A stretch of 64,000 nucleotides of DNA from Raillietiella orientalis. Taxonomy: Eukaryota. The notes under the pieces were generated by a model, which ran no database searches, was not told where the DNA came from, and worked only from the letters and a program-made list of their open reading frames with translations. Position 1 is the first letter of the stretch. Every line of letters starts with the position of its first letter. The translations under genes and the position numbers were made by a program. Positions 63,302 to 64,000 of this stretch are shown here, piece after piece. Where the stretch lies: the NCBI GenBank assembly GCA_036172245.1, contig JAYWIR010000016.1:930001-994000 (forward strand), written 5' to 3'.

Positions 63302-64000
63302 CTAAAATATATAATTTTGGATACAGCACAGACCATTCTTGTCATATTGTTGTTTAAAAACATATTAATTGTCACAATATGATCTGGTTCAAAATAATGC
63401 GAGCATATTTTGCAATGCTTTAGAAAATCTATTATCTTAGTATTCATCTTACAAACTTACAAGATTTTACTTTGTACAGACACAAACACAAACACATAAG
63501 TACTCAAAATAACCTGGTTGAACATCTCTGAAAGAGCTATTGGAAGAAACTTTAAAATACAGCAACTCACAAAAGCTCATTTTAAATCACAATCGCATTT
63601 GAATGACCTTACTTGGAATACTCTTTGAATCTTTTATTATTTGAAGTTATACAATAATAGCAACCATATGCATAACTTTCCCTTTGTTTGGCAAAAAATT
63701 TGTATTTTGTGAAACAGTATGCAACCTACAAGTGCTATTCTGTGAAAAACACTTTGCACTAGAAGTGGCCAATTCTACAAATTCCTTTGGGGATGCAATT
63801 TAACTTGATGCTCTCATTTTTATACATGCTGTAAACAACAATTAATTTTATTTCACATTAATAGTATATCTTTACATGAATATTTCAAATCTTCAAGCAA
63901 GAAAATCTGCAATATTTCATCTGAACGACAAAAGGATTTTCCGATTTCCAAGGAACTTCATTGCTCTTCAATCCATTTCATATGATTTTCCCAGAAATCA

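Overview
Eukaryotic (metazoan, most likely invertebrate or arthropod-like) nuclear DNA; most ORFs in the six-frame track are not genes. Four spliced host genes lie on the minus strand: a divergent MAK/ICK(CILK1)-like kinase (5' part only, running off the left edge), PNPLA8/iPLA2-gamma, PARN (complete, about 533 aa) and OXA1L (5' end unresolved). Many of their introns are only 43-53 nt. Between the kinase and PNPLA8 is a GC/CpG-rich nest (~14.9-32.6 kb) of degenerate, interleaved L1/Tx1-type non-LTR retrotransposons, preceded by a candidate orphan single-pass membrane-protein gene. A NeSL/Utopia-type (RLE) element and another APE-type LINE lie between PNPLA8 and PARN. I see no convincing new multi-gene system. 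The best leads: (1) the biology of this Tx1-like family (TSD-flanked twin-priming insertion beside PNPLA8, a poly(A)-less AATAAA+hairpin 3' end, a premature stop shared by two copies, an ORF1-plus-3'-end derivative, an inverted 5' UTR segment); (2) motif substitutions in the host proteins (TAY for TDY, GGGIRA for GGGxRG, cap-binding W to F); (3) a 40-bp intronic hairpin. Coordinates were read by eye, and transposon boundaries are approximate unless a TSD is given.
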